Notes under the pieces: generated by a model
Told to the model about the DNA's origin: nothing
Seen by the model: only the letters and a program-made list of their open reading frames with translations
The model's database searches: none
Shown here: positions 26,037 to 37,870 of the stretch, one piece after another
How the letters are laid out: each line of letters opens with the position of its first letter
Numbering within the stretch: position 1 is the stretch's first letter
Source of the DNA: Ministeria vibrans ATCC 50519
Taxonomy: Eukaryota > Protista > Filasterea
Reading direction: 5' to 3'
DNA: 64,000 bases
NCBI GenBank assembly: GCA_943704425.1
Contig: CALSCP010002643.1
Span: 1 to 64,000 of the forward strand
Program-made: the position numbers and the translations under genes

Positions 26037-26905
26037 TGGGGCGGGAGAGGGAGCGTAGAGAGGAGGAGGAGGAGACCGGCGAGCAGCCGTAGTCGCTGTC
26101 GACATTGGCAGCAATGTCGTGCGAGGGAGAGAGAACGAAGAGATGGCTGTGCCGCTCGACAAACGACTGTGGGTTGGGATACTCTTCGCGCGTTTGGGGA
26201 TGCTGCTCGAGGATCGCCTCAAACTGCGGCGGAGAGACCAAATTCGACTTCTCGAGGGCGTCCAGAACACTGTTGACAATCACCGACTCTAATTCCGGAG
26301 AGAATTCGGGCGCGCTTGAGGCGGCGCTTGAGCCAGTCGATGTGACAGAGTCGCGGCTGCTCATCACGACCTTGCGGCAGTCTGGATCCGCGTGGCTGTG
26401 CGTGGAGGGCGCAAAAGGAACGGCGCGACGTGGCGAGCCTCTTTTCCGCTCCCGCTTGGCATCGTCGCGCGCGGGAAACAGGCCCAGGGGAAGGATATTG
26501 CCGCGCACACGCTCGACGGGGTCAACTAGTAATAAAGTGAGGCGGGGAAGATGCGAAGGGGAAAAGGGTATTTTTCGATTTGTTTGCCGCATTACCATAT
26601 TTGCGAAATGAGAAACGCGCATTGAAATAAGCGAGTTCGGCTGGGGAATGCGGGAATCGGCAGAGGTTGCCGTACCTGCAGCGTCCCTCAAACCCATAGT
26701 TGCATGGCGTGAAGGACTCGACCTGTGCTATGGGGCAAGCGCGGATATTCGCACAGGGAACAATCGCCCACGACTGATCGTCGTCAATGCACACAAGCGT
26801 CACGTTCTCGACCAGCTGCGCGCGGTGCTTGGCGCCGTGCGCACAGTCGCTGGCACAGCAGTTGCATGTGGCGCATACGCTGCCAATCCAGTACGAACCA
26901 AGCAT
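25120..26905 (-). CDS. CCCH zinc finger + LOTUS/OST-HTH-like segment + degenerate 3'-5' exonuclease-like domain (2 exons)
   Basis: Exon 1 CNYGFEGRCRYGNLCRFPHSPAEL (CCCH) splices in frame (...KY|VDPVER) to ORF 25120-26697, which carries YPNPQSFVERHSHLFVL and LIIVVDEEHCKQMHDELYRCALCAIDLVG...LVALPSHCYLL. Confidence 0.55.
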
Positions 26906-26946
26906 TCTTTTGAGTTCTTTGACAAAAGCCGGCAAAAAAAAAAATT

Positions 26947-26978
<32 letters not shown>

Positions 26979-27218
26979 CAGTAATTCGACGAGTAATTAT
27001 TAAGTTTATTCAAACTCAATTAAAAACTATCGTTTACAAAAACGCCTCACATGAGAGTCACATCACAGATGAGATAGAATCAGATGGTGAAAGATACATC
27101 AGAGAATGAGTCCCTGACTAACCCCCTGTTTACCATACCTAAAAGATCAAGAAGAGTTTCCAATACCTTGCTTCTTTTATTATATTCCGGTTACAATACA
27201 ATGTATATCTTCTCGCTT

Positions 27219-28098
27219 TCACACTTTCTTCCTCCTCCCCTTCTTCTTCTTCTTCTTCTTCTTCTTCTTCTCGCCCACCTTGTTAGACGCCTTCTTGGCC
27301 ACAGTCGATGCAGTCTTCTTTCCCCTCGGTGGCTCCGGCTCCACTGTCAACGGCCCTAACAACTCCCGAATGGCTGCGTGGCCCCACGACGTCGCAACTT
27401 CCAGTGCCGCCTGCCCCCCCTTGGTGCGCTTGTTGGGATCCGCTCCATGCGCCAGCAGGAGTCGCACAAGCTCAATGTTTCCGCTCTCCGCGCCTCGAAT
27501 CAATGGTGTCCCTCCGCTCCCAGAGGTCGCGTTCACTTGTGCTCCGGCCTCAATGAGCACTCGTACCACCTCCACCTGTCCCATTTTACATCCATGGTGA
27601 AGTGCGGTCCATCCGAATGAGTCGGGCGTGTCCACTGCCGCACCGTGTCCAATCAACTCCCGCACATTCGCCACCTGAAACGACAAAATACAGACCGATC
27701 TCAAAAAATAAACAACATGAAGAGAACCACAATGCTTTCGCACCCCATACCTGCCCCATGAGCGCAGCAAATATCAAAGGCGTGTGCTTGGCTGCTGCAG
27801 CCGACGATGTGCCGGGTTGGACTGCGTTCGCTTCCGTCGCCAGCTTCAGCTTTCGCGCGGTACTCTCGCCTGCCACACAACTCAATGTCTCCAATGAGGT
27901 CATGAGTGTGTCCAGTCGTCCTTGGCGCGTCGACAGTGGCGCAAGTCGGCTCGGAGGGCCCGGCGACGACTCAAGCAATGAGTGTGTGACGACAGCGCGC
28001 GGACGCGTCCCCCCATCACTAGCGTGAGCTCGAGACACGCTCTTTGGTTGTTCACTCGCCACTATAGGGGGCAAAGTGCAACTTGTGGCGGTTTTCAT
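27219..28098 (-). CDS. Ankyrin-repeat protein with Lys-rich tail (2 exons)
   Basis: HTPLIFAALMG, FGWTALHHGCKMG, GGTPLIRGAESG, GQAALEVATSWG. Confidence 0.9.
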
Positions 28099-28185
28099 CA
28101 AAAAAAATCTGAATATCTCGTTGTCATGGAGACCAACTCGAAAATAATTTCACTTATGTATGAAATTTTGTAATACACTGCACAA

Positions 28186-28614
28186 GTGCTCAACTCGTGG
28201 AAGGAGATCATTTCCATTGAGGACCATGCTAATCAGTGGCTGCACGATACGGGAGTAACGGGTGACGAGAATGCCGCTGTTGTTCAACTCGCCGTCGACT
28301 GTGACAAACGTCGAGACCCAATATCGACCATTCTGACCGCTCTCTACTCTTCCGACGCTTCCGTTCGGCCCAAACAGCGCGATCGTTTTCTTGCACGCGT
28401 GCTCGTCTGGTGTGTCTTCTTTGACGAAGTGTCAGAGCTCAGCGAACTTTTGCCCACTCTCTTTGAGGAGCTCCTCTCTCGCCCTGCCCACGCTCCTCTT
28501 GTCCACGCACTGGCCCACTTGATCGCACCCGAGGCCTTGAGAATGCCCCACGGGCGCATCTGTCGCGTTCTTCTGGCGCACTTTGACCAGGCGTGTGTGG
28601 CTCGTCTCCAGTAA
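28186..28614 (+). CDS. Hypothetical helical protein (start uncertain)
   Basis: 142-codon GC-rich ORF flanked by AT-rich DNA; no recognised motif. Confidence 0.35.
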   Translation: MLNSWKEIISIEDHANQWLHDTGVTGDENAAVVQLAVDCDKRRDPISTILTALYSSDASVRPKQRDRFLARVLVWCVFFDEVSELSELLPTLFEELLSRPAHAPLVHALAHLIAPEALRMPHGRICRVLLAHFDQACVARLQ

Positions 28615-28735
28615 TAGTAATATAATAGTAATGATAGTAATAGTAGTAATAATAAATAAAAAATTGAAAATCAGTAGAACACAACATAAAATATATTATT
28701 GACGTGTAAATGTAAAACAATTGAATGAATGGTTT

Positions 28736-31700
28736 TCACATGAGATTACAGGGAGACGCGTCCGGGGGAGAGGATGACATTTGAGACACATTGAGATGAT
28801 CATATAGATCTTGTGTAAGGGGGGTTGCGGAGTAGGCAACCATGAGAATGGTGCGGCGGTTGCGCAGGGCAATGGCGCCGTTGAGGAGCGCCAGTGGACG
28901 GCAGAAGCCCGGCTTGGAAGGGCTCTGCTGCCACACGATGGCCCCCGAGTCACCGTGGTATGCAAAACGACCTCCGCTATCTGTGTTAGCCTGCTCGTTG
29001 CGACGGTGAGCAGCGTGCTGGTTGGTGAACAGCATGGCCTTGCGACGAAAGCCCAGTTCGGAGTGCACAAAGGCCGAGGTGGTCTCTGGCCATGCTTCAG
29101 AGAGACCCGTTGTGGCGCCAAACTTGAAGACCGGCAGATCGCGGTTCACTTCAGGTACATTGAATGTGCTCTTGGCATCCTCACCACCCGCATTGGCACT
29201 CTTCTCGTCAGTCGGGCTCTGATCAAAAGCACTCTCAAACACCGGCACAGGCTCATTGCCAAACTGGGTCTTCCACGGAAACGCGCGCGCGCCAAACTGC
29301 CGCTCGATCCCCACCCCCAAATAGGGGAAAAGACGCCCTGGCTGGCAACGCGCACGTTCCTTGGGCGACAGCTCAATGAGTGCAACGCCGTGCTTGGTCG
29401 ACGCCGAGATGACGCGCCCCACACAACGCCCGCCCATACGTGGATGGTACACGGCTGTCCCAATGGCAAACGACTCCCCCAGTTGGTGCAGCGTGAGCAG
29501 TGCTCCAAGACGCATTGTCGTGTTGCCCGCCTCGTCGCCTGCCGCATCGCCCCCATCCATACCGGTCGTAGCAGTAGACCCACCAGCAGCCGAAGTCGCC
29601 TGCTCCTGACTCGCCTTTGCCGCTTCCCTTTCTGCATCTTCCGCGCTGCCGTGCCAGCCAGGCTGCAACTGCACAATGGGTCCTAGTGTGCCCAGGGGAC
29701 CGCCGGCCACCTGAACACGCACCCCCGTCGCCAGTTCGTCCACTTCAAGGCCAGCTGTCGACGGACACAGTGCCAGTGGCCACATTTCCGCCTCGCACAC
29801 GTCCACGCGCACACCGCGACAACCACCGCCAAAGAGCAGACGCCGCGGCAGCAAATCGTCGCCGACCGGAATTTTTCCCTTCTTGCGTACCGCCACCATG
29901 ATGCAGGGTTCTTCGCTGAGACACTGGCCGCGCTCAAAGAAGAAGGGCAGCGGAAACACCGCAACCACATTGCCACTGTGCTGCCCTTCGAGCACCTGAC
30001 GATTCGCCTCGATAATCTCACCCAACAGACGGTCTTCGTCGGCGCGCAAACGACGACGCGGCGGCATCCAGCTCTTAACGGGCGCTTCAGTGATGAGCGT
30101 GCGCGGCGACGCGTCTGACAGCATTCCCAGACGAATCTGTCGCATGCGCCACTGCTGCACATCCTGAGCGCGCTTCTCGTCTGTAATGGACACACGCGCC
30201 TGCAATGGTCCTGGAATGTTTCGTGCCTGTGGAGGTACACGTACACGTGCAGTACTGCTGCGACTTTCGCTGCTCAACCGTGACCCTGCTGCCCCCTCGA
30301 TGCTCTCAGCCCCACTCCCTGTGCTTCCCGTGCGCCCTTTGCGACTTTCCATTGAGCCCACACTTCCGCGACTGTGCGTGTCACTCTCACCGTCACCACT
30401 CCACTGACTCCTACCGCCACCACTGGTCACCTTGTCGTCGTCGTTGTCGTCAAACTCCCAGGGCACAGTCGCACCCAGTGCATTGACGACGCGCACAGGC
30501 ATGCACTCGTCGTGGATGCTGCGGAGACGCGCGCACGCGATGCCATCGACAAGATCCGTCTCACACACGGTTGCGCGTGCAGGGCCCAGTGTATCCAACA
30601 GCTCGTGACCCGTGTCGTGCGTCATGACCGGATGCGACATGACCAGTGACGGCAGAACCACTCGCAGTGGGTCCAGGTGCGCGGCGTCGTCGTGCGCTGC
30701 CAGCTCCGCCGACGCACGCAGACTCTCGACGAGCTTCGACATGACCTCCGTTTCGTTGCGCATCAGTGCAAGACGGTAGTGTCGTCGTGCGTTCTCTAGA
30801 TCGACAATGCGCGACGCAATGCTGGCGGCGACGTCCGAGTTGGCCGCCTGAGGCCGGTGGCGGTAGCCCCAGGCGGAGAGAAAGTGAACGCCGAGCAGCG
30901 TCGGACCTGCATGGAGACCCACCACCTCGGCCGAGTGCGCGTGCAGTCGCTCAACCACACGCTCCAGACACTCCAGCGCCTCTGTGGTGCGTTCGCGATC
31001 GCCGTTGCCCACACAAGCAAGATGCACGCGTGCCATGCCGGTCTGTGCCAGTCCCCAGTCGAGACAGAAGAAGTCGTCGTGGCCGTCGAAGAAGCGCATT
31101 GCCAGTCGATAGTGCTCCAGAGCGGTATCCAGGTTGCCCTGTCGACCCCCGGCAACGCGGCTCTCAAAGAGAGCCCCCAGCACAAGATGGGACCGTGCCC
31201 AGTCCTCGGGCATCACATCGGGCTCGTACATGGCGAGTGCGCCCATGGCCCGCTCAAGTGCAAACTCGAGTGCCTTGGAGCGACTCTCCGACGTCGGCGA
31301 GTGCGTGTCTACCGTGTCGTACTGCAGCTCAATCACCGGCACCAGTTCATCCAGTAGTTCCAATAGGTCCTAAACACCCCCGACAAGGAAGAACATGAGT
31401 TTGCTTGTTTATGGTTGCTTGTTGCGTTTATCGCTGTCTGGTTCGTTGTTCATATGTGCGTGTTTGCTTGTTTGTTTGTTTGCTCTTTGTTTGTTTTTGA
31501 CACTGCTATGCTTACGACTGCTTGATCTTCGAAAAAAGTGGAGGGGCGCTGGTGAAGGTGTTCAAGGACAAATGAGACGGCTTCGGGCAGCTCAATGTCA
31601 TCGCCAGTGTCACTCGTGTCCCTGTCGTTGGCAATGCGGGGACTCAGTGAGTTGGAACTTGCGAAGGCTGCGTCCGCGGAAAGGGAGGAAAGGTCTCTTG

Positions 31701-32400
31701 CGGCGCCCCCTACTCCTCCTCCTCCCGCTGCTGCTGCTGCTGCTGCTTTTGTTGTTCCTCCTCCTGCTCTTGGTGCTGCTCCGCCTCCTCCTCCTCCTCC
31801 TCCTCCAGCTACTGTAGTTGATGTTGTTGTTGCTGCTGCTGCTGCTGTTGTTGTTGTTGTTCTTGTTGAGGCGGATGCTTCAACAGCCGATGACGCGGCC
31901 GTCGACGAGCGGGTTGCAGCTGTGGTTGAGGCGTCGCCAACGGCGGCGGAATCGTCGTAGCGCTCGAACACTTGAGGAGCAATGGCGGCGAGACGAACGA
32001 CGTCGAAGCCGACGAGTTTGAGCTTCTCTGCAAAGCTGACCTTCTCGTTGCTGATGTCGGGGCAGCGACTGAGCATCCAGGCGCGCAGCATCTTGTTTCG
32101 CGTCGCGGGGTCGACCGCTTCGTGCGACAGAGTGCGGTCGCGACCGGACGAAACAAGTTCGACGGCTGCTTCAGGCTCCAGGCCAAATTTGCTCATGGCG
32201 TCCATGGTGTCGGCTACCACATCGTCCTCGCAGCCTGTATCCTTGGCGTCGGGGGCGCTGGGTGGCTCTGGCGTCGAGGGGACCGTCCGTCCGACGGTGG
32301 AAAAGGGACCTTCGACAAAGGCGCGCGCCGTGCCAAGACGCAGCCCAAATACCTGCACGAGCTTCTCCGCTTCCACTCGCTGTCGACAAGGGGTTGTCAT
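28736..32400 (-). CDS. TPR-repeat + NAL1/Ssy5-like trypsin-fold serine protease (~1170 aa, 2 exons: 32400-31516 and 31369-28736)
   Basis: TPR DWARSHLVLGALFESRVAGGRQGNLDTALEHYRLAM; NAL1-type pro-domain PCIMVAVRKKG...LPRRL...VRVDVCE; protease motifs GTLGPIV, LLTLHQL, VFKFGATTGLS, FAYHGDSGAIVW. Confidence 0.75.
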
Positions 32401-32497
32401 GGTTCGAACTTCGAAGAAAAAATGGGGGAAAAAACTGTGTTGAAAAGAGTTAGTTAGTAAAATATAAAAAAAACCAAACCAAATCAAAATTATTTCA

Positions 32498-33994
32498 ATG
32501 GAAAGACACTTTGAGAGATCGTTGAGCGAAGTGGTGGAGACGGAGGGGAAAGGGCGCATTTCGGTGGCACGGCGCGATCTCAAGGCAGGCGAGTGTGTAT
32601 GGCTGGAGCGGGCATATGTGACGGCGGCGCGTGTTGGCGATGGTGCGCTGCGAGTGTGCACGGGCTGCGTCAAGGGCGTTGCGGCGAACGACGACAGTCT
32701 CGTGGGCTGCGACGCCTGCGGCTCGATCCACTGCACGCCTGCGTGCCGCGATGTCGATGCGCAACACGCGCGCGTCTGCGACCGCTGGGCCAAGCTGCAC
32801 GGGGACTCGTTCTCGACGGGCCGCGCCGAACTGTTCCGACTCATGATCGCGTTTACGGACACTGTTGGGCAGGAGAAGGCGCCGGGCGCAGCACCGACGA
32901 CGGCAGCAGGAGGAGACGGCGAACAGCCACGGGCGACGGCTCAAGACTGCGCTGGGCTGGTGGGACACGCCGAACATCTACCCGCCGATTTCGTGGCGAT
33001 GATTGAGGAGCACGCCGAGTCGCTTGGCCTGAGCCCCGACCTGGAAGGCATGGATGCCGTGAAAGTGGCAGCCATGCTGAATGCAAACGCCCACGGCGAC
33101 TCGACCAACACCGTCTTTGGGTTGTTTCCAGGACTCTCCATGTTTGCACACTCGTGCCGACCCAACTGCGCCTTTCGCATTTCGCAGGGCGTTGCAACGG
33201 TGCGCGTTGTCGACGATGTGCCCAAGGGCACCGAACTGTGCATCACGTACGATGCTGAATTGGCTATGCGTGGACGAAACAATCGACAAAACGCGCTGCG
33301 AACTGCGCGACACTTTGACTGTCAGTGTGTGCGCTGTGTCGACGAGGCCGCACACCCACTGCACGACGTCTTCTCGCTGTGTCACTGTGCCAACCGCGAA
33401 GGCAAATGCGAGAGCTACGTGTGGTGTGACATTGACGACGACTCTGTCACCGAGGTGGTGTGTCCCGCGTGCAGCGCCATCCTCGATCTGTCCGTGGTGC
33501 GACAGGTGATGGAGACGGAGCTGCAAGTGTCCTGCCAGAGACTTGCGCTCTCCGTGCGCGCACGCCAGTTGAACGAAGGCGAAGGACTGCTAGACGCGAC
33601 GGCGACGACAGCGCTCTGTGAAGAGATCGCAGCGAGTGGGCGACGCGCAGGTCTGCACGAGTGCCATGCGATTCTCGCCGCGTCATATCGCCTCATGATG
33701 ATTGCGTGTGTGCAAGTGCAAGCACTTGCGGTGGGAGCCAAGTGGGCGCGGCGTCTGCTTGCATGTGTCGACGCTGCACATGCGAAGCATGCCGTCGAGC
33801 GGGCCAATGTACTCAAGACGCTAGCGAGCCTGTACGCTATGCAGGCGCGCATGACAACCGCCGACACGACCATTGCACCAAAGGTCAAGGAGCCTCTCGT
33901 GCACCGACTCCTCACACGCGCAGCCGAAGCCGGAGCGCAACTCGACCAACAGCAGCGCATTTGCCTGGGCGCAGACTACCAAAAGGTTCTCTGA
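32498..33994 (+). CDS. SET and MYND domain lysine methyltransferase (SMYD-like), single exon
   Basis: GKGRISVARRDLKAGE; MYND cysteines; GLFPGLSMFAHSCRPN; ELCITY; post-SET FDCQCVRC. Confidence 0.9.
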   Translation: MERHFERSLSEVVETEGKGRISVARRDLKAGECVWLERAYVTAARVGDGALRVCTGCVKGVAANDDSLVGCDACGSIHCTPACRDVDAQHARVCDRWAKLHGDSFSTGRAELFRLMIAFTDTVGQEKAPGAAPTTAAGGDGEQPRATAQDCAGLVGHAEHLPADFVAMIEEHAESLGLSPDLEGMDAVKVAAMLNANAHGDSTNTVFGLFPGLSMFAHSCRPNCAFRISQGVATVRVVDDVPKGTELCITYDAELAMRGRNNRQNALRTARHFDCQCVRCVDEAAHPLHDVFSLCHCANREGKCESYVWCDIDDDSVTEVVCPACSAILDLSVVRQVMETELQVSCQRLALSVRARQLNEGEGLLDATATTALCEEIAASGRRAGLHECHAILAASYRLMMIACVQVQALAVGAKWARRLLACVDAAHAKHAVERANVLKTLASLYAMQARMTTADTTIAPKVKEPLVHRLLTRAAEAGAQLDQQQRICLGADYQKVL

Positions 33995-34025
33995 TCAACG
34001 GTGAATGTGAAAGATATGTTTATAA

Positions 34026-37000
34026 TTAAAAAACGTGGAGCTTTGAGCGCGGGACATTGTGCAGATCGTGGTCCATTGTGAGGACCACGAGGGCCGAGAA
34101 GAAGAGCCCGATGGCCGACAGGAAGTGCCATACGTCGTGCTCGTCGTAGAAGTCAAACATGACACAGTTTTGATTGCCTTGGCGACTAAACGAGAGAGGG
34201 TATGTGTGTGGTGTGTGTGGTAAGACAAATTGCATTTTCAACTTCAAGACAAATTGCATTTTCAACTTACCTGACTTCGGGAGAAAGGTTTGTGTTTGTG
34301 AGACCTAGCGTAGAAAATGAGTGTGGAAAAAAATGGGTGTGTAAGGGAGGGGGAAGACAGACAGAAAGAGAGAAGAAGAAAGCAACAAGAGTAGTGGGAT
34401 ACCTCTTGTAAAGAAGTAGAGAGAGGGAATCCAAAAGGCAATGGCCAGCAAACACCAGAGAATGGTCAGCCGGTCAATACGCTCCGAATGGATAAGTTTC
34501 ATCGTAAGGTAGTAGGTGAGGTAGCACATGAGATTGACGAGAAGTACAGCGAGAAGGAAGGAAGGGAAATCGGGACGCACGACAAGACCAAAAATGATGA
34601 CGGAGCCATTGAGGATTTGAAGGAGCACGAGAAACGTAAAGCGGGCGGTGTTCTGGGGGCGACGGGCGTGCAGAAGCCGGTGTAGGAGACGCGCAGGGAG
34701 GCCCTGAGAGAGTGGGGGAGGGGAGAGACAAGTCAGTGGTAGAGTGGAGAGTTCGCGTGCGCGTATGATTGCGTGTCTTTTTTTTTTTTTTTTTTTTGTG
34801 TGTGTGGGTGAGTGGGTGGAGTACGATAAAATGAGTGCGTGTGTGAGTGCATGAATGAATCAGAGTGAATTGCCAAAGCTCAAATCATACTCGATCGAAG
34901 GACCAGGTGCCAAAGTAGTAGAGCTGAGCAGAGCAGATGAGAAGAATGACATAGGCAACAGCACACATGATCAGCCAAAAGGCCAAAGTGGCGTCGTACA
35001 CACCAATGACATTGACAAAGATGACGGCTGCGAGAAACCCATAGACTTGCGAGGGGTTTCCTTGCAGGTCGGCATGTCGTTTGTGGTAGATGCTGACAAG
35101 CATAAGCACCGCAATGATGTACATGAAGGACGTGTCGAACTGAAACACCACGGCAGCAGGACACACATGGAAGCAGCCCGAGAACACCCCCTCACACACA
35201 ATGGCAAACCCAATCGCATAGTGCATTCCGTAGTGTGGTGGTAGCCCACACTCATCCGCCGGTCCATTCAGCCCATTCCGTGTGCGGTATTCCCTCACAA
35301 GCTCCTTCTGCTGCTCGTACCGTCGCTGGTAAAAGTACACTGTCCCCATAAACAGTGACCCCAAAATGCAATACCTGAAAAAACGTTTGTTCAATAATTA
35401 TTATTATTATTTTTCTCACACTGTTCCTTTCTTTTCTCTTTGTTTCTTTCTGTTCTCTTTGTTTCTTTCTTTTCTCTTTGTTTCTTTCTTTTCTCTTTGT
35501 TTCTTTCTTTTCACGTTATTTCTTTCTTTTCTCTTTGTTTCTTTCTTTTCTCTTTGTTTCTTTCTTTTCTCTTTCTTTCTTTTCTCTTTGTTTCTTTCCT
35601 TTTCTCTCTTTCTTTTCTCTTCTTTCTTTTCTCTTTTTGTTTTTTCTTTTCTCTCGCTTTCTTTCTTTCTTCTCTCTCTCTATCACTTTCTCTCTCTCTC
35701 TCTCTCTCTTTCCTATGTACCCAATGTTTGAGAAGACGTTGTTAAAATGGTATAGAATGCCCAATGGACGAGTGCAGTAGAAGTTGTAGAAGCAAATGTT
35801 CTCATTGCCACTCTGGGAGAAGAGCTACACCAAGAGAAAAAGAAAGAAAAGAAGTAATAGAGAGAGAACAAAATGATGAAAAAAGAACAAAGTAGAAGAC
35901 GTGTGAGACGTAAAACAAAAAAAAAAACAAATGTACCTTTTGGTAACCAATGACAAACTGAATGACTGGGAGAAAGTAGAACATGGAAAGAATAACGAGA
36001 TAGGTGACATAACGTTTGAGACGCTTCTCCTGAAAGAGCACTTCCTTTTGGGTGAGCTGACTGACAGTGAGAGTTGCACGGCGACGGACAATTTGGGGGT
36101 CAGCGAGTTCAGCTTCAGAGAGGATCACGAGCTCGTCGTCGACGTGGCTTGTGGTGGGTGTGTTGATAGGTGATGAGGGTGATGCGTCTTCGGAGAGTGT
36201 CGTAGTAGAAGGTGGGGGGTGGGAGTGAGAAGAGTCGAGGAGACGCGATGCTTCGGTGGCTGTGTTGTTTTTGGTGGTCGAGGCCATTTTGTTGCCGTGG
36301 GCAAGGAGGTCTGCGGCGGCAATGACACGGCCGCTGTTGTCGTCGGTGGTGACGTATAGGGTGGTACGCTCGGTGAGATGTGCGCGCGCCAGAAGGATGA
36401 CGATGAGGAAGACAAAAGCAAAGCCGGTAAAGATGAAGAAGGTGCCAAGGATGGGGCCCCAGTATTCGCTGCTGGCCATGGTGGACTGGATGGTCACACG
36501 GAAGCTCTTGGTGATGGTGCAGTCGGTCTGGTCGGGCGACACGACAACTCCCAGGAACCATTTGCCTTCATTGAGTTGATCGGTGCTCAGGTAGAAGGCG
36601 GCCTTGGTGGTCATGGTTTGAAAGCGACCCTCGACAAAGCTGCCCTGACTCTGCTGGAAGGTCGGGCAGTTGGCAAGATGAATGGCCACGACTGCCTTGG
36701 TGTTGGGATCGTCCGACTCGATTCGCACTTCGATGGGCAAGTCGTGGGTTTCAATGCCACTCGTGGGGTCGACGGAGACGTTAAAAAAGTAGTAGGCGGG
36801 GGAGCTGGGACTGCTCACGAGTGTTTTGGTTTCCCCCACACGAATCATGACATCTTCGAGCGTCGCGTACACCTGATAGTCAGTGGGCGTGCTCGCCTTG
36901 ACAGCAAGCGAAACACTTTCGTCTTGGTTGATGTCGGCAGCAAAGCAGACGGTCTGCGTGACGTTGGCGTAGGCGCACTGCGGCGCAGTCTGATCGTCAG

Positions 37001-37450
37001 TGCTGTAGCGAAACGGAAGGGCCGTTGCGTCGACTGCCGCCTGCTGCGTGAAGATGAACAGCACCGGGTTGGACAGGGAGGCCGTGGGCGCTGCCACGCT
37101 GATCTTGGGGTACTGCAATTGCGAGAGGAGAGAGGAGAAAGAGAGAGAAGTGATATGAAACGAGACTCAGTGGGATTTTTTCGTCTCTTCTCGTTTTTTT
37201 TTTTTTCCTGTATGTGTCTGTATGTGTGTGTGCTTATAGAGAGTATATGATGAGAATTGAGAGGGGTGGGTTTGGCGTGCAGGGCCGGGGATGGCGGCAT
37301 GCTTACGACGGATGGAGCGGACAGCGACGTGTTAAAGGTGTACTCTTGGAACCCGCCTGGCTCTGCCGTTCCACTGATCATCTGGTTGTACGGCGCGTCA
37401 TTGGCGTAGCACGCCGTCGCAAGTAGCGCCAGTGTGGTGGCGAAGATCAT
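34026..37450 (-). CDS. SIDT: SID-1 transmembrane family protein (SIDT1/2-like), multi-exon
   Basis: Signal peptide; [10 protein letters not shown]; [10 protein letters not shown]; [15 protein letters not shown]...[10 protein letters not shown]; [14 protein letters not shown]...[12 protein letters not shown]...FQFDTSFMY; [13 protein letters not shown]. Confidence 0.93.
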
Positions 37451-37870
37451 GAATATGAATAAAAAATTAGAAAAAAATTAGAATATCTCCTTCAATCCAA
37501 TAACTGAACAGTTCTTACTTCTTAATAGCTAATATTACTTATTAGTACGTATAACTTATTGAAGCGACGTTTATTTAAGTCGCATAATGCATATCTAGTA
37601 GTGTCTTGACTCTTGAGACTACCAACTTGAGAGACTACCAACTAGCTACTTAGAGACTACTAGTAAAATTATTCACTGATATATTTTTAGACTATTGTCG
37701 TAGACTACAGACTACTAACCCCCAAGTAGTCCAACTATAGTTAATAATAGTTTAATTAGTTTTGGACACCTTTAGTCACTCAGCTGATCAAGATTTGGAT
37801 CTCAGAGTACTCTGAGACACATTGAACATTCACAATTTCACACACATTTTTCAAAAAAAACAACAAAACA

